This document shows positions 36,751 to 50,017 of a stretch of 64,000 bases of DNA, piece after piece; within the stretch, counting starts at the first letter, position 1, and every line of letters begins with the position of its first letter. The stretch lies in assembly GCA_951406725.2 (NCBI GenBank), contig OX597814.1, positions 131,440,001-131,504,000 on the forward strand, read 5' to 3'. The position numbers and the translations under genes were made by a program. This DNA is from Octopus vulgaris. Its lineage: Eukaryota. The notes under the pieces are model-generated. The model saw only the letters and a program-made list of their open reading frames with translations, was not told where the DNA came from and made no database searches.

Positions 36751-39700
36751 CAACAACAACAACAATAATAATAATAATAATCACCATGTGATATTTTCAT
36801 AATCTGCTTGACAATAAATGTCCTTTATGTTATGTATTTTTTTTTACTATGAAATTTTAAAGGTAAAAAAATAAGAAGAAAAACCTAAGGAAATAAACAT
36901 CATATTAAAAAAAAAAAACTGATTGAAGGTATAGATAATGTTGCAAAATATCTATATGTATTATTTATCTATCTCTATATATGTATATGTTATAGTTTTG
37001 ATGATGCTGTTTAGCCCTAGGTCGCCCCTTGTTGTGCAGACTTGTGATGTATAGCTTGCTAGCCATGCCCGCGTCTTTCTCGTTAAGAACATTAATCCCT
37101 TCGGTTTTACTAGTTTAGACGGTTCTGCAAAGGCCCTAGGACACTGTCCGCTTCCTTCTGACCCATCAAATAAGAAAATAAGTTACACACACACACATAC
37201 CGATATTCAAGACAATAGGTTTGTTTGTGATTTGAGGGAGATTCACTTGCTATTTTTTGCAGGACAGGCGACTGCGAAGAGTTTCTCTAAGTGGTTGTGA
37301 TGATAGCTGTTTAAGTGATAGTGATGTTAATGATGGCAGTATATTTACTCTCATGTTGGTACTGGTGGTGGTAGTAGACCTCGTAATGGCAGTAGTACTG
37401 GTGATGATGGTTTGTCAGTGAAAATGTGCTAGTGATCTGAGCCCCTTCCCTAACTCCCACTTGAACAAAATTATCACTGCCAACCCCACCTGTATTTCCA
37501 CCTGCAGATTCACAACCCCCCATGATGGCCCTCCCTCCCGAAGAATCAATAAAAATTAGTCAGGTGCGACAATTCTCCAATGATTCAGTAAATAGGTAGA
37601 TAATAAATATAAATATAACCGGTTGACTTAAATGCCTTTAATCAGAAAGGTTTCTTGACCAGGGTTCGGCTTGGGACTAAAACATCAACAACGTGTATTA
37701 AGTCCGAAAGTACTTACCAATTATGTAACCGTATCAGGTCGGCTCAACTAACGTAAATACCTGTTATATTACCTGGATCAGGTCAAAAAATTACCGACAT
37801 AAATAACTACCAATACCTCACGTTTTTTTCCCTAATTATCGTGTTTATTACATTTGCCGACAATTATCTGACTGGATTAGATCGATTGTGTTTATAATTT
37901 ATAACCCTAGCCACCTTATCTCGTTCTCTGGTTTTTCTCCGATCTCCATCTTAGAAATTGGCATATGAAAGAAAATCTTTTGTGAGAGAGACAGAATGAA
38001 AAACTGACAATTCTAGAGTGCTGAAGTACCTAAGTATATGTACAGCAACGTATAAATATTATATTACAACATTGTGTGTTACGTAAGCTGACTTTTTGTC
38101 AGATGTAAGCGTGTGCAAGTTGTAATCAGCCTCAATAACAGCAGCAGCAGTAGCCGTAGCAGCAGTAGCAGAGGGTGGTGGTGGTGGTGGATGATGACGG
38201 CGGAGGTGTGTGTTGGTTGCTTTCAGTGAAGAAACTGTTGGAACTGCTTTGCTTAGCCCAAATATAGGTCAAACTTTTGCTAAGCTAGCCAGCCTCCCTT
38301 ACACCCGATTTTTCACCGATGACCTACTTTTACAGCCACCCTCCTCCTTCTCCTCCTCCTCCTCCTCTCATCCAGCTCTTTTTCTTAGTCTTTCACTTCA
38401 CTTGTATTAACTGCCTCTTTCTCTCTCTCTCTGTGCATTTCTCTTTGTTTTGTTTTGTTCATTCTATATTTTCTCCTCTAAGAAAAATCTTTGTTTCGTT
38501 TCCTTTTTTCCTTTCCTTCCTCTATAATTTTTTTTTTTTTTTTGAAAAAACTTTGACTTATTTACTCTGTTCTTTGTCTTTCTTTTTCGTTTTTTTTTCT
38601 TTTAGCTTGATTTCATTTCTTTTTTTTTTGTTTTAATTTTTTCGTGGTGAATGTGTATGTGGATTTTCTAGTATTTTCTTTCATTTTCGTTTTGCTTCCT
38701 TCATCTATATATTTAAAAACTGTCCCCCCTCCACCATGAAAAAAAACAAAACAAAACAAAAGGGATCATTCCCCTTCATTTACTTTGCATTGTAACTGTT
38801 TTGCATTCTAAAATTATCATCTCTCCCCCCTCCTTGTTTTATTTTCTCTCTCCTTCCCTCTTTCCTCTATCGCTCTCTCTCTCCGCTTTCGTATTCATTC
38901 ACCTTTTTCTTTCTTCGTTCCATTTCGTTCATATTTTCCTTTTGTTTATCCTTCATTTCTTTAGGTTTCCCCTTCGTATCTCCCCCTGAACCTGCCCCCC
39001 GATTGCCTACGTCAGCTTAGTGGTGTATTCGATCTTTAACTTTCGCAGTATATTTTACTCTTTATAGTATATTTTCTCTCTGTTTTTTCTTCTTGCTTTT
39101 CAATCCCTAGTTTGTTCCTTTTCCTTCTTTATTATTTCATTCTTTTATTCTCGTCCTTCACCTTCTTTACTTATATTTTTCCTCTCTTAGTTAGGTCTTC
39201 TTACATTCTTATTCATTTAGCTTCCTCTTCATCCTCGATGTCGTTGTTTCGTTTCGTTTTTTTTCCCCTTTATTCTTTCATTTGACTTTTTCAATCTTAC
39301 GTAGGTTTTTCCCCCTTTTTCTATTTTTTCTTCTGTCTTACTGCCTTTCGATTTTTTCTTACTGCATTTCTTAACTTTAGCTTACCTTCTTACGCAGTAC
39401 TCGCTTCTCCGTTTCCCCCCCTTTTTAATATGGATTTTACTTAAATTTTCTCCCCGTTCCCCTTTTTCTTCGTTTTTCAGTTCATTCTTTGTTTTCATTT
39501 CGTTCGTCGTTTTTCTAATCCTTTTATTCATCTACGTTATTCAGTTATTTTCATTTTTTTTCATCTCTACTTCATTTACCCCATCCTCTTCTTTACTATT
39601 TTCTCCACCTTTTACCAGTGTTCTAATCTTTAAAGCTTACCTATTTAAGTTTATTAAAAAAAAACACAAACAAACTTCATAGTACACTCGCATATACAAA

Positions 39701-41263
39701 CAAAAGATACAGTTATATATCCATACATACATATTAGGGATTCGCTGCATGCCCATACATACATACAAATAAAATATAGATATACAAATACGTGTGCATG
39801 TTTATATGTAAACATAGATACTTTACCTACACAAAATATACATCACATACAGACGCAGGTGCAGTGTGTGAATTAGAATATAAGAAAAATAGTATAATTG
39901 CAAAAATCAAGAGAATGTAAAAGGACGGTAAAGGATGAAAACGGATGAATATTTGTGTATGTGTGTGTGTATGTGTGTGTGTGTGTGTGTGTGGTTGCTT
40001 GATGTATATACTTGCTTATATATATATATATACAAGCTATTTTAAGTCTTTTTTTTCTTCTTCCGAGTTTTAAATTGGCTAACGCACACAATCAGATACA
40101 CATGTATACAATTTCAGATGAAAAAAAGGAACACATACATCGCCCGAGTGTATGATGTATATGCGTGTATTTATGATCGTGTGGTGTGTGTGCGTGCGCG
40201 CTTATCCAAAGTACTCTATGTTTTAACAGATAGGCACACACGCGATTGATTCTACGCACTTTTAATATTAGCGTGTAAAGAGAACATTCCATGTTTTTGA
40301 ACTATATAAAAAAAAAAACATGCTCTCTTTCTTCCTTGACACACTCATACATATATCCACATACACCCGATAGTTATGTTCACACGCTCTCATTGACTCT
40401 TTAAATCTGCTACTGAATGGATTTCGATAGTTGAAGGGAGAGCACAAGTGTTCACAATAAATACTTCATTTAATTTACTGACGATGTATGATAGTGATAA
40501 AAATTCCTCTGTTAGACACAAGGCCTGTTTTTTAAAATCAGATCCCAATAGAACGGAGAATATTACTGCTATTTATCTTCCCTACAGCGCAGGAGAATTT
40601 AATTACGAGACAAGGAATTCGAACACGGGTCGAGAAGTAACTTAAACAGAAGAATCTCCCTTTCTCTCTCTCTCTCAGCACATGCGATTCTTATGTAATT
40701 GGTGTACATCTGTGTAACTCCACGGTCTATTGGTACTCTATGGTACTAATATAAGCTCGTAGGATTCGTGGAAATTTCCCGGATTTATGAATCTCTCTTT
40801 TTTCAATTTTAATGCATAAATTTATTGATCTTCATAGAATTGTTTCATTATGTTAATGGTTTCGATTATCATCGATCTCCTTCTATCGTCAAAAGACTGT
40901 TTCTGCGTAACATACAAACTTGTTTAAAATTAAAATTATGTCTTGGATTGTGTTCCATAATTAAAAAGACTGTTTATAGTAAAAACACTCGAACTGGCTT
41001 AAAATTTAAATTATGTCTTCGGTTTTCTACCATACTGAAGGTTTATAACGTAACACTAGAAATTGTAATACGTTTCACACGAATGTCGTGACAAAGTATT
41101 TATTACGGATAATATAATGATTTCGTGCTCTCCGAAACATGCAACCTATCCTCTTTCTTCACGACAAACTAACTTATTCTCACTTTGTGAACCATGAAAG
41201 TCAAACCGTCGTTAGGGTTCTGCGTTTTCTTTTGGATTACTGCCCTCTTGTTTCCTCTGTATG

Positions 41264-41651
41264 CTCTTTTATTTGTTTCAGTCATTTGACTGAGGCCATG
41301 CTGGAGCACCGCCTTTAGTCGGGCAAATCGACCCCAGGACTTATTCTTTGGAAGCCTAGTACTTATTCTACTGGTCGCTTTTGCCAAACCTCTAAGTTAC
41401 GGGGACGTAAACACACCAGCATCGGTTGTCAAACGATGTTGGGGGGGGGGGACAAACACACACACACACATATATATATACATATATACGACGGGCTTCT
41501 TTCAGTTTCCGCCTACCAAATCCACTCACAAGGCTTTGGTCGGCCCGAGGCTATAGTAGAAGACACTTGCCCAAGGTGTTACGCAGTGGGACTGAACCCG
41601 GAACCATGTGGTTGGTAAGCAAGCTACTTAACACACAGCCACTCCTGCGCC
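41264..41651 (-). mobile_element. SINE family A, full length, young
   Basis: Near-consensus from head to tail. Confidence 0.92.
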
Positions 41652-42312
41652 TATTGGCCACTCCTTAATAACAATAATGGTAATCTTTTCTACTATAGAC
41701 ACAAGGCCTAAAATTCTGGGGAAGGGGCTAGTCGATTTCATCAACGACAGTACTCAACTGGTACTTACTTTCTCGACTCCGAAAAGATAAAAGGCAGTGT
41801 CGATCTCGACGGCATTTAAGCATAGAACATAAAGACGGACATTGACGCTGAACATGTAGCCCGACGTCCTAACGTTTCTGGTAACTCGCCACTCAGCACA
41901 ACCATTAGGTAAGAATTACATCGACTCCATTACTTGACTGGTACTTTATTTTATTGATATTGAAAGGTGGAAGGAAGACAAAGTCGACCTCGGCGGACGG
42001 AGCTGGAAGTGATGCTCTACTGATTATGAATCTACTAGCTCGCTTACAAGGGAGGAGATTTAGTTGATATTATTAACTCCTAGTACTTCATTTTGTCGAC
42101 CCCGAAAGGTAGGGTTAACTTCGACTGGATTTGAACTCAGAAGAAATACCACAAGCATTTATCCCGAAGTTCTGATGAATCTGCCAATCCATTGTTTCAG
42201 ATTTTGGCACAAGACCAGCAGTTTTGAAGAGAGGGGCTTGTCAGTTACATCGACCATATTATTTGGCTGGTATTTTATATCATCACCCCTGAAAGGATTA
42301 AAGATGTAGTTG

Positions 42313-42550
42313 GAATCTTTACTTTTTGACCGACTGATTTAAAAAATAATTTTTTGTAACTAAGCACTTTCAAACTTCGGACACTGGTAGAATGTGTCAT
42401 TTAAAACATCTTTTACTCTTAGCGTTTTTGAGAAAAGCTTATATTTATGAAGTTATTTCACGTTAAAGTTGGCCTATTTCGGTAATTTCAACCAATCAAT
42501 TACGTGTATTCAGCTGAATAAAATTACTGCCGTTGTTTGCCAACACCAAC
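42313..42550. mobile_element. Single-arm remnant of the GGATCTTT MITE
   Basis: Highly similar to the left arm of 28368-28973. Confidence 0.8.
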
Positions 42551-43689
42551 TATGAAAAGACTAGGAACAAATATTGCAAGATAGTTTTTCCAGAAGTTCT
42601 AACGATTCTACCAACTCGATCTTGACTGGATTTGAACTGAGAATACGCAGATCCAGAACAAACACTGCACGTCGTTGCTTTCCGACCCTCTAATGATTCT
42701 ACAAATAATACTGATAGGAATTTGGATCGTGGCCACAAATTTACAAATGCAGGGAGTAAGTAGTTAATTTAATCAATTCCCACACAATACTCGCACTTTA
42801 GGTTACCGAGCCTGAAGGAAGGAAATGTAAAACTTGATCCTCGTGGGATTTTAATTCAGAACGTGAAGGGACGTAAGTAAATCCTGCAAGGCAGATTGTC
42901 CGATGTTCTATCGATTTTATGCCAGTCGCCGTTTCTATGATAATAAGATAATAATTTTGATAGCGTCAAGGAAGGATGGGTTTAAATAAGTATTTTAGTG
43001 TTTCACAGATTAGATTGGGAATTAAGAGAAATACAAGATGAATTGAGATAGGAGAGAGTATATGAAACAGCCAAATTGTGTTAAATACTAAATATCAAAG
43101 TGTTGCGAATATAGTAAGTTAATTGGCACTAATTGGCAATAGATAGGTTAGGCCAGCTCAGTTTAGTAGATTATGACGAAATATGGCAAACGTTTTCGTC
43201 ACGTACTTACAGAGCAGTTAGAGATTACTCGAAACTAATACGGACGTATTTTTGTGTGTGTAATATAATGCTTCGCAATAACGGGCTTCTTGGTTCGGTC
43301 CTACAGAGTCTACTCTTCGAACTATTTTCTTCCACTATTCAGTTGAGTCGATGCAACTCTTGGATGGATGGGCGGTGACTGTGAAAGGCTGTCGGATGGA
43401 CTGTGTGTCTGTCAACCAGCTTCGTGGCGATGCCCAGCTCGATTTTACCCGAGTATTCCGTTAGGATACTAGTGTGTATAACACATTTGAATAGTTGCAT
43501 TAGTCGAACTGGGAACACTCGGTTTCGAACACGACTCGCAAGAGACATACATCACCATTACGCGCTGCAGTGATGGTTAAATGTTGAAACACCTTGAATA
43601 ATGAATGTTCCCTTTCCTTTCCGTAATCTTTTACTCGCTTTTTCCCACCTAAAAATTGTTTGGTGATCTTTGAATTTGTTACATATTTC

Positions 43690-44119
43690 GAATCTTTTCG
43701 GTTTGAACGGCAGTTTGTAACATAATTTCTAGGTAACTAAAAAATTTTAAACTTCGTATACTGATAGAATGTGTTTATAAAACATCATTTTCTCTTGACT
43801 TTATTGAGAAAATTCTATAGTTTGTAACATTTTTCATCTAAAATTTCTTGCATTTCGGCAATTTTAACCAATTGCTGACCGTCCATTGAGGTGAAAGCAT
43901 TCTGTGCGTCATCAATATGTTCCTCGTTTAAGAAACATTGGGTTTATTTACATTTGTGAAGAAAAAAAAGATACCCTTCCCCCACCCTAACTAACCCTAA
44001 ATCTAAAATAGATTGAAATGCAAAAGATGATACGAGGGTTATAATTATGGGTGAAAATTTCATACGACACCGCTAGGGAAAATGGGAGTTTTTCGTAGCG
44101 GTGTCAAATGAAAAGATCC
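43690..44119. mobile_element. GGATCTTT-type MITE with 8-bp TSD
   Basis: TSD CATATTTC at 43682-43689 and 44120-44127; termini GAATCTTTTC/GAAAAGATCC; internal CCCTAACTAACCCTAA. Confidence 0.85.
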
Positions 44120-44562
44120 CATATTTCTGCAGAATAATCTTCAAAAATTAGGCTGTTCAGCAAAAAGTCTGTGATAACATTTACATATTCGTTTCGCTTA
44201 CATGAGATACCCAAGTCTATTTTTGTATTTTCCCCGATGGTTTTGATTTTTTTTATCAATCCCAATGAAATATGTACTCAGAGATCAAAAATCGCTAGTT
44301 GTCTTCAGAATTACGCTTTAAAAATTTATGGCGCTGACATGGCTCTGTGGTAAGAAACTGACACCCTAACCGCCTGGGCTTGGGTTCAGTCTTATTGTGT
44401 GGCACACTGGACGAGTGTTTTCTACTATAAGCCCGAGGCCGACCAAAGGTTTGTGTATTGATTTGTTAGATGGAGTCACTGGACTGTGACCATGCTGGGG
44501 TACCGCCTTGATGGGTTTTAGTCGAGTAAGTCGATCCCTGTATCTATTTTTAAAGCCCGGTG

Positions 44563-45084
44563 GGACTTTGACCGGCAAATTTTAAAAATAATTTCTTTGT
44601 AACTAAACACTTTTAAACTTCGTATACTGGTAGAATGTGTTACATACGATTTCATCTCAATCGAAGGAGAGGAGCTTTCTCCGTCCGGGTTGCGGATCCG
44701 TGGAACAAGCTGCCAGACGAGATGGTGAAGATGCCGACGACCGCTTTGTTCAAAGCCTCCCTGGACCTCAAGTGGCCTGAACTCTTTACATGAACACCAC
44801 CCTGTACTTAACTCCATGTCCCCCTACATGGCCTTGCTATTTGCTTTTGAGCCAAATTAACTAACTAACTAACTAACTAACTAACATAAAACGTCATTGA
44901 TTGGTTGAAATTGCCGAAATGCAAGAAATTTAACAACAAAGAGCTTACAAACTACAGAATTTTCTCAAGAAAGCCAAGAGAAAAAGATGTTTTATGTAAC
45001 TCATTCTACTAGTATAAGAAGTTTAAAAGTGTTTAGTTACAAAGAAATTATTTTAAAAATCTGCCGGTCAAAGTGAAAAGATCC
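44563..45084. mobile_element. GGATCTTT-type MITE with 8-bp TSD
   Basis: TSD GCCCGGTG at 44555-44562 and 45085-45092; inverted arms. Confidence 0.88.
44647..44883 (+). mobile_element. Young CR1 LINE 3' fragment with (AACT)n tail
   Basis: Uninterrupted RFHLNRRRGAFSVRVADPWNKLPDEMVKMPTTALFKASLDLKWPELFT* (TGA at 44791-44793); ACATA flanks both sides. Confidence 0.85.
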
Positions 45085-46435
45085 GCCCGGTGCTCTCTTT
45101 TGCCGGACCGCTAAGTTATGGGACGTATACAAATCGATATTGGTTATCAAACGGTGTGTGCACCAACACACACACACACAAATTCAGTTTCCGACTACCA
45201 AATCCACTCACAAGGTTTTGGTCAGCCCACGTCTGTAGTACAAGACATTTGCCCAAAATGCTACGCAGTGGGACTGAACTCAAGACCACATGGATCGGAA
45301 GCAAGCTTCTTCGAGGAAATTACAGATTTTGAGCGCACTACACAATTTACAACTCTCAAGATAAGATATATCGCAGCAGGGATAGCCGTGACTAAAGCGC
45401 TTTTAACCATAAGGGCTACATCAGAGTCGGAATGCTTTTGATCATCTGGTGTATCAGGACAGATCTGGGGATAAGCAAACAAACAACTTTTTAACTACCG
45501 TGTATACTGGTGATCATTAACGTCACCGAAGTTGTATGGAACCCAACGACGTCAGTCAATATTTGTCAGTTGTCAGACCTGCAATGAGCTCTCTAGCTCT
45601 GTGAGATATATTACGTATATATTATTCTAGTAACATTTTAATTCTATCTATCTATCTATTCTTTAATAAACAGAATGATTTTACCGAAAATTTATTTCTT
45701 CAGTAGTCCGATAATAAAGCTATCGCGTGTTTATTTGGAACTGCCAAGATGGCAAAGTGGTAGGAACATATGTTGATTCTAAGAGCAGGTGAAAGGAACT
45801 AGATAAACAAATGTAAATTGCTTATATGTGTACGTGTGTAAATTGGCGATACACACACGCACACAAACACACACATAGAGCCAGAACAGCAGAGGGTGAA
45901 AGAAGTAAGCGACAGGTTCTACCCTCTTCTTATCTCGCGAAAGTAAATAATGATATTAATATTAGTAAAAAAGGTAAAAGGTGGAATAACAGAACTGCTA
46001 ATTAGGGTTGGCCTATGGCAACAAATATTTCTACGAAAAGAGAAACTACAAGAAGTCTGGCAAATAGATTGGAAAGATATGAAAAGTTAAAAAAATCAAA
46101 AAATCAGTGAGTTTGTCTGGAAATTCTTAAAACTTACACACACACGAAAGTAACTTCTGGTCTAACAGTGGAGACACCAACTCAAGGAACGCATGTTCAT
46201 ATGTACGTGTTATATATATATTATACACACACGCACACACATGCTGATTTCAAAGAGTGAGAATGAGTGCTCAACACTACATTGATGGATAAATATTCTT
46301 TGTTTGTGCCTTAATAAGGCTACCAGTGGATTCATGTAAAAAGATCTTCACAATTGTTCATGCGTGTCACAATGCAAATGCTGGTACTCGCCTCCATTTG
46401 GGATTTTTGGATGTGTATGAGGGGGTGCGTATGTA

Positions 46436-46466
<31 letters not shown>

Positions 46467-46497
46467 ATATATATATCAGCAGAAATTAAAAAAAAAC

Positions 46498-46535
46498 CTG
46501 TTACTCGGAGTTTCACGTTCCCGTTCGTCGGACAG
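46498..46535 (-). ncRNA. Minimal type I hammerhead-like motif (U4C variant)
   Basis: Minus strand CTGT-CCGACGA-ACG GGAA CGT-GAAA-CTCCGAG-TA-ACAG; stems I, II and III can all form. Confidence 0.5.
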
Positions 46536-48868
46536 TTTTTGTTAAAAAAAAATGTGTTTACTCCGGTATATATATATATATATATGTCCTGTACTCATAT
46601 ATGCGTGTAAATGTACATGTAGAGGTAGGTACGTACATATATGTTTATATATATGCATATGTTTTATTTTATTTATTAATATAGAGATAATGGTGTCATT
46701 GAGACCCAAAGGTGCCAGGTAATGCTGAATAAGTGCTTCGAAATGCTTACACTTTCTTTTGCATAGTATTGTGGGTTGAAGATTTATGCAAATTTTTGAT
46801 GTTTTTACTGGAACAAAACGTTTATTCGCAAACTGCGTGCCGCTGCCCCTTCAGTGTTTTGGCAGAGACGATCGGGTATTATGCCAAATGAGATGTTGTA
46901 TTCTTCCCACAATCAATTAGTGCAAGTATAAAGTGAATCGGAGGAGCGGTGGTTCGTACTTTGTGAGAACCTATCGCCGCTGTGATGACTTCGTTGCCAA
47001 GACATTTATAAATCTCATTGAAGTTCTGACAGAGAGAAAGAATTTTCTTTTTCTTTTCTTCCATTACAACTGACAAGTTCGTCGTAGTAACTAATAGATG
47101 AAGTGTCAATTCTGAAATGTCGTATTTTTCATCTCCCAATGCACACAAGCTTATCCAAACTCAGTCGGCACTACTGGAAGTTGATCTAAATTAACCACTG
47201 TGTATATAACGAGTCAACAATGTGGCTCCTTATGTGGTCGCTCTCTATACTAGAAGAAACAACCAGATCTTTAAACCACGCCCTACTCAGTTTTAAAAAG
47301 CATCAACAATAACAAAAACGATATAAATAGTTCGCGATATAATCCCTCTTATACGAAAAGACAGCATAGTCATGGCTGGAATGTCTTTTTAACTGAGATC
47401 TGTTTAACCAGTACTGATCAGTGGCAGGGAAGCAGCAACAATTTCCTCGTTATGATGTGATTGTTGCGGTTAGGGTGCCCTTTTTCTGTAGGTTTTATCG
47501 CAGGTGGTAAATTGGCAGGGTTGTTAAAGTGAGGTAAAGAGTGCTTCGCAGTATTTGTTTTGATTCTCAGCGTTCAGAGTTCAAATCCTGCCGAGGTCAA
47601 CTTTGCCTTCCATCGTATCGGTGTCGCTAAAGAAGTAGCACTCCAGACAGGCTGCCTTGTGGTGATTTGTCCTGGCTCTTTGCAGCCCTGTATTCAAATC
47701 CCTCCATAGCCTAGTTGGGTGGTAGACTTAATCCGTTGACCGGTTTCGCACTACCGCTGACCTGGGACTTTGAGTGCCTTAAGCGAACTCCTCTCGGAGG
47801 TTTCGTAACGGGTCAAGGCCACTGCTTTCCCTCCTGACTGCAAGATAAATAATAAATGAATAAATAAATAAAGGCTGGGTTAGGGCTTCATAACAGTATC
47901 CCTATTCTTAAATACAGGACGGTCGTTGATCATAGGTCTGTTTGATTAGGACTGATCTGAAGTCACAATTAGCAATATCGCTGTTTATTCTCATGTCTGC
48001 TCTCATCGAACGTGACCTTTATTAAGAAGGGTTGACCTAAAGAATTGACATGTACAATTTTTTTTCAGTTATTCTGAAAATAAACAAATGTGCTTAACAC
48101 TTTTATTAGTCAGTGCGCTCTCTCGGTTTTTTTATTATTTTTTATGCTTATGCAGTTTTTTCTATGGGGGACATCACTCATAATGTGGTTTGGGAAACTG
48201 TAATTTCTGTAGAGAAATCAAAACAATTACCTTTACATTCTTCATTCTTCTAAGCGAGACCACTTCGTTTTATACAATGAGCACTTGAATTAATTTTTTG
48301 TTTCGTTTATTTGCTTCATCCTCAAGGAATTTGAAGGCATGCTTTAAAAAAAAATTCAAGTTTATGTAGGGAAATGTATTCAATAATGAAAGCTTTAATG
48401 AACGGAAGTCTTACAGAACGGAAATTTAAACAAATAAAAACTTTCATATACATATTCATAAACAATGTAAAATTATTTTTAGTGTTTTTAAACGTAATTT
48501 TAAATCTTACGGTTAAGAACTGCAATTCTTAATGCGGGTAAACTCCACGGTTCTAGGGGGAATCCTGGAGTTTCTACAGGTTAAAAATTAGACGATTTCG
48601 GTGGAGAAATTGCTATTATTTCACCATACAACGTCTCCGATTGCACTGTTTTACAAAAGATATATATTAAACTTTATTTTGATTTTAAAGATGCTGTTGG
48701 TAACTTAATATAAAGCTGTTGATGTTATTGAAATAAATTGTGTTGTATGTAAGAAAGACTACGCTTTATTTTCCCGTATGTAGGGGTAAATCGTGACTGT
48801 GAAGAATCAACAGCTAACTAGATGCGTCTATTTGAGATGCTTGTGACCGTTAAAATAGCAAAAAGATT

Positions 48869-49266
48869 CTCTTTACTCTTTTACTTGTTTCAGTCATTTG
48901 ACTGTGGCCATGCTGGAGCACCGCCTTCAGTCGAGCAAATCGACCGCAGGACTTATTCTTTGTAAGCTTAGTACTTATTCTATCGGTCCCTTATGCCGAA
49001 CCGCTAAGTTACAGAGACGTAAACACACCAGCATCGGTTGTCAAGCGATGTTGGGGAGACAAACACAGACACACAAACGTGTACACACACACACACATAT
49101 ATACGACGGGCTTCTTTCAGTTTCCGTTTACCAAATCCACTCACTAGGCTTTGGTCAGCCCGAGGCTATAGTAGAAGACACTTGCCCAAGGTGCCATGCA
49201 GTGGGACTGAACCCGGAACCGTGTGGTTCATAAGCAAGCTACTTACCACACCGCCACCTCTACGCC
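48869..49266 (-). mobile_element. SINE family A, full length
   Basis: Near consensus. Confidence 0.92.
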
Positions 49267-49585
49267 TTTATTTATAACACATATGCTATCTTTGACAATG
49301 TTTGTTGCTGTTATCGTTCTCTAGACGTGACTAGGATGTCATATTAACTAATTACTGTTAGAACAAGACGAGAGAAAGAGTGAGCGAGCGAGAGAGAGAG
49401 AGAGAGAGGAGGGAGAACTGTGTGACAGAACTCAAACTACGTCGTCACCTTTTTCTAAGTCGGTTCGGATGACATTACAAATCGCTTGGTCAGTGGTAAA
49501 TACGTGTTTTGTGGTTGATATCTTTCTACAATAAAATGTTAACTAATGATTTGATTATCCCATCCACTCAAAATAAAACAATTTC

Positions 49586-50017
49586 GGCAAGATTTCCTTT
49601 TGTACCCCCCCCCCCCCACACACACACAAACTCTCCTTTTTATTTTATTATATTTTTCTACACAAACCCCCCGTTTTCGGCTACGGAGAACACGGATCTG
49701 TAAAAAAAAAAATTTGGCAAAAATCGACATTTTGAAATTAACCCTTCCCCTAATTTCTTCATTTTTTTTCACTTTTTCAGAAATTTTTCTCTCAAAATAT
49801 GCGGAAAAATACGGAGATTATGATTCTGAAAAAAAATTTTTTTCCCCAAAGTTTTAGTAGTTAGGATTAGGGTTAGGGAAAAGATCAAAAATGAAGAACT
49901 TGGGTGGAGGCAAATTCAAAATGCCGATTTTTGGCAATTTTCTGGAATCTGTATATTCGAAAACGACGTATTTGGGAACAAAGAATTGGAAGGAAACGGG
50001 GGGTGAGAAATCTTACC
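49586..50017. mobile_element. MITE with GGCAAGA-type termini and 8-bp TSD (Merlin-like, family 2)
   Basis: TSD ACAATTTC at 49578-49585 and 50018-50025; TIR GGCAAGATTTC/GAAATCTTACC; TTAGGGTTAGGG at about 49868-49878. Confidence 0.85.

Larger units (their letters stand above)
44480..45310 (-). mobile_element. SINE family A split by nested insertions
   Basis: Tail at 44480-44562; body resumes at 45093. Confidence 0.75.

Noticed and set aside
38227-38410. Acceptor ttgctttcag followed by an open frame
   Set aside because: Upstream sequence is purine-rich and no good donor follows.
46007-46022. Second X-box-like site GTTGGCCTATGGCAAC
   Set aside because: Only one good half-site, and the spacing does not fit the consensus.
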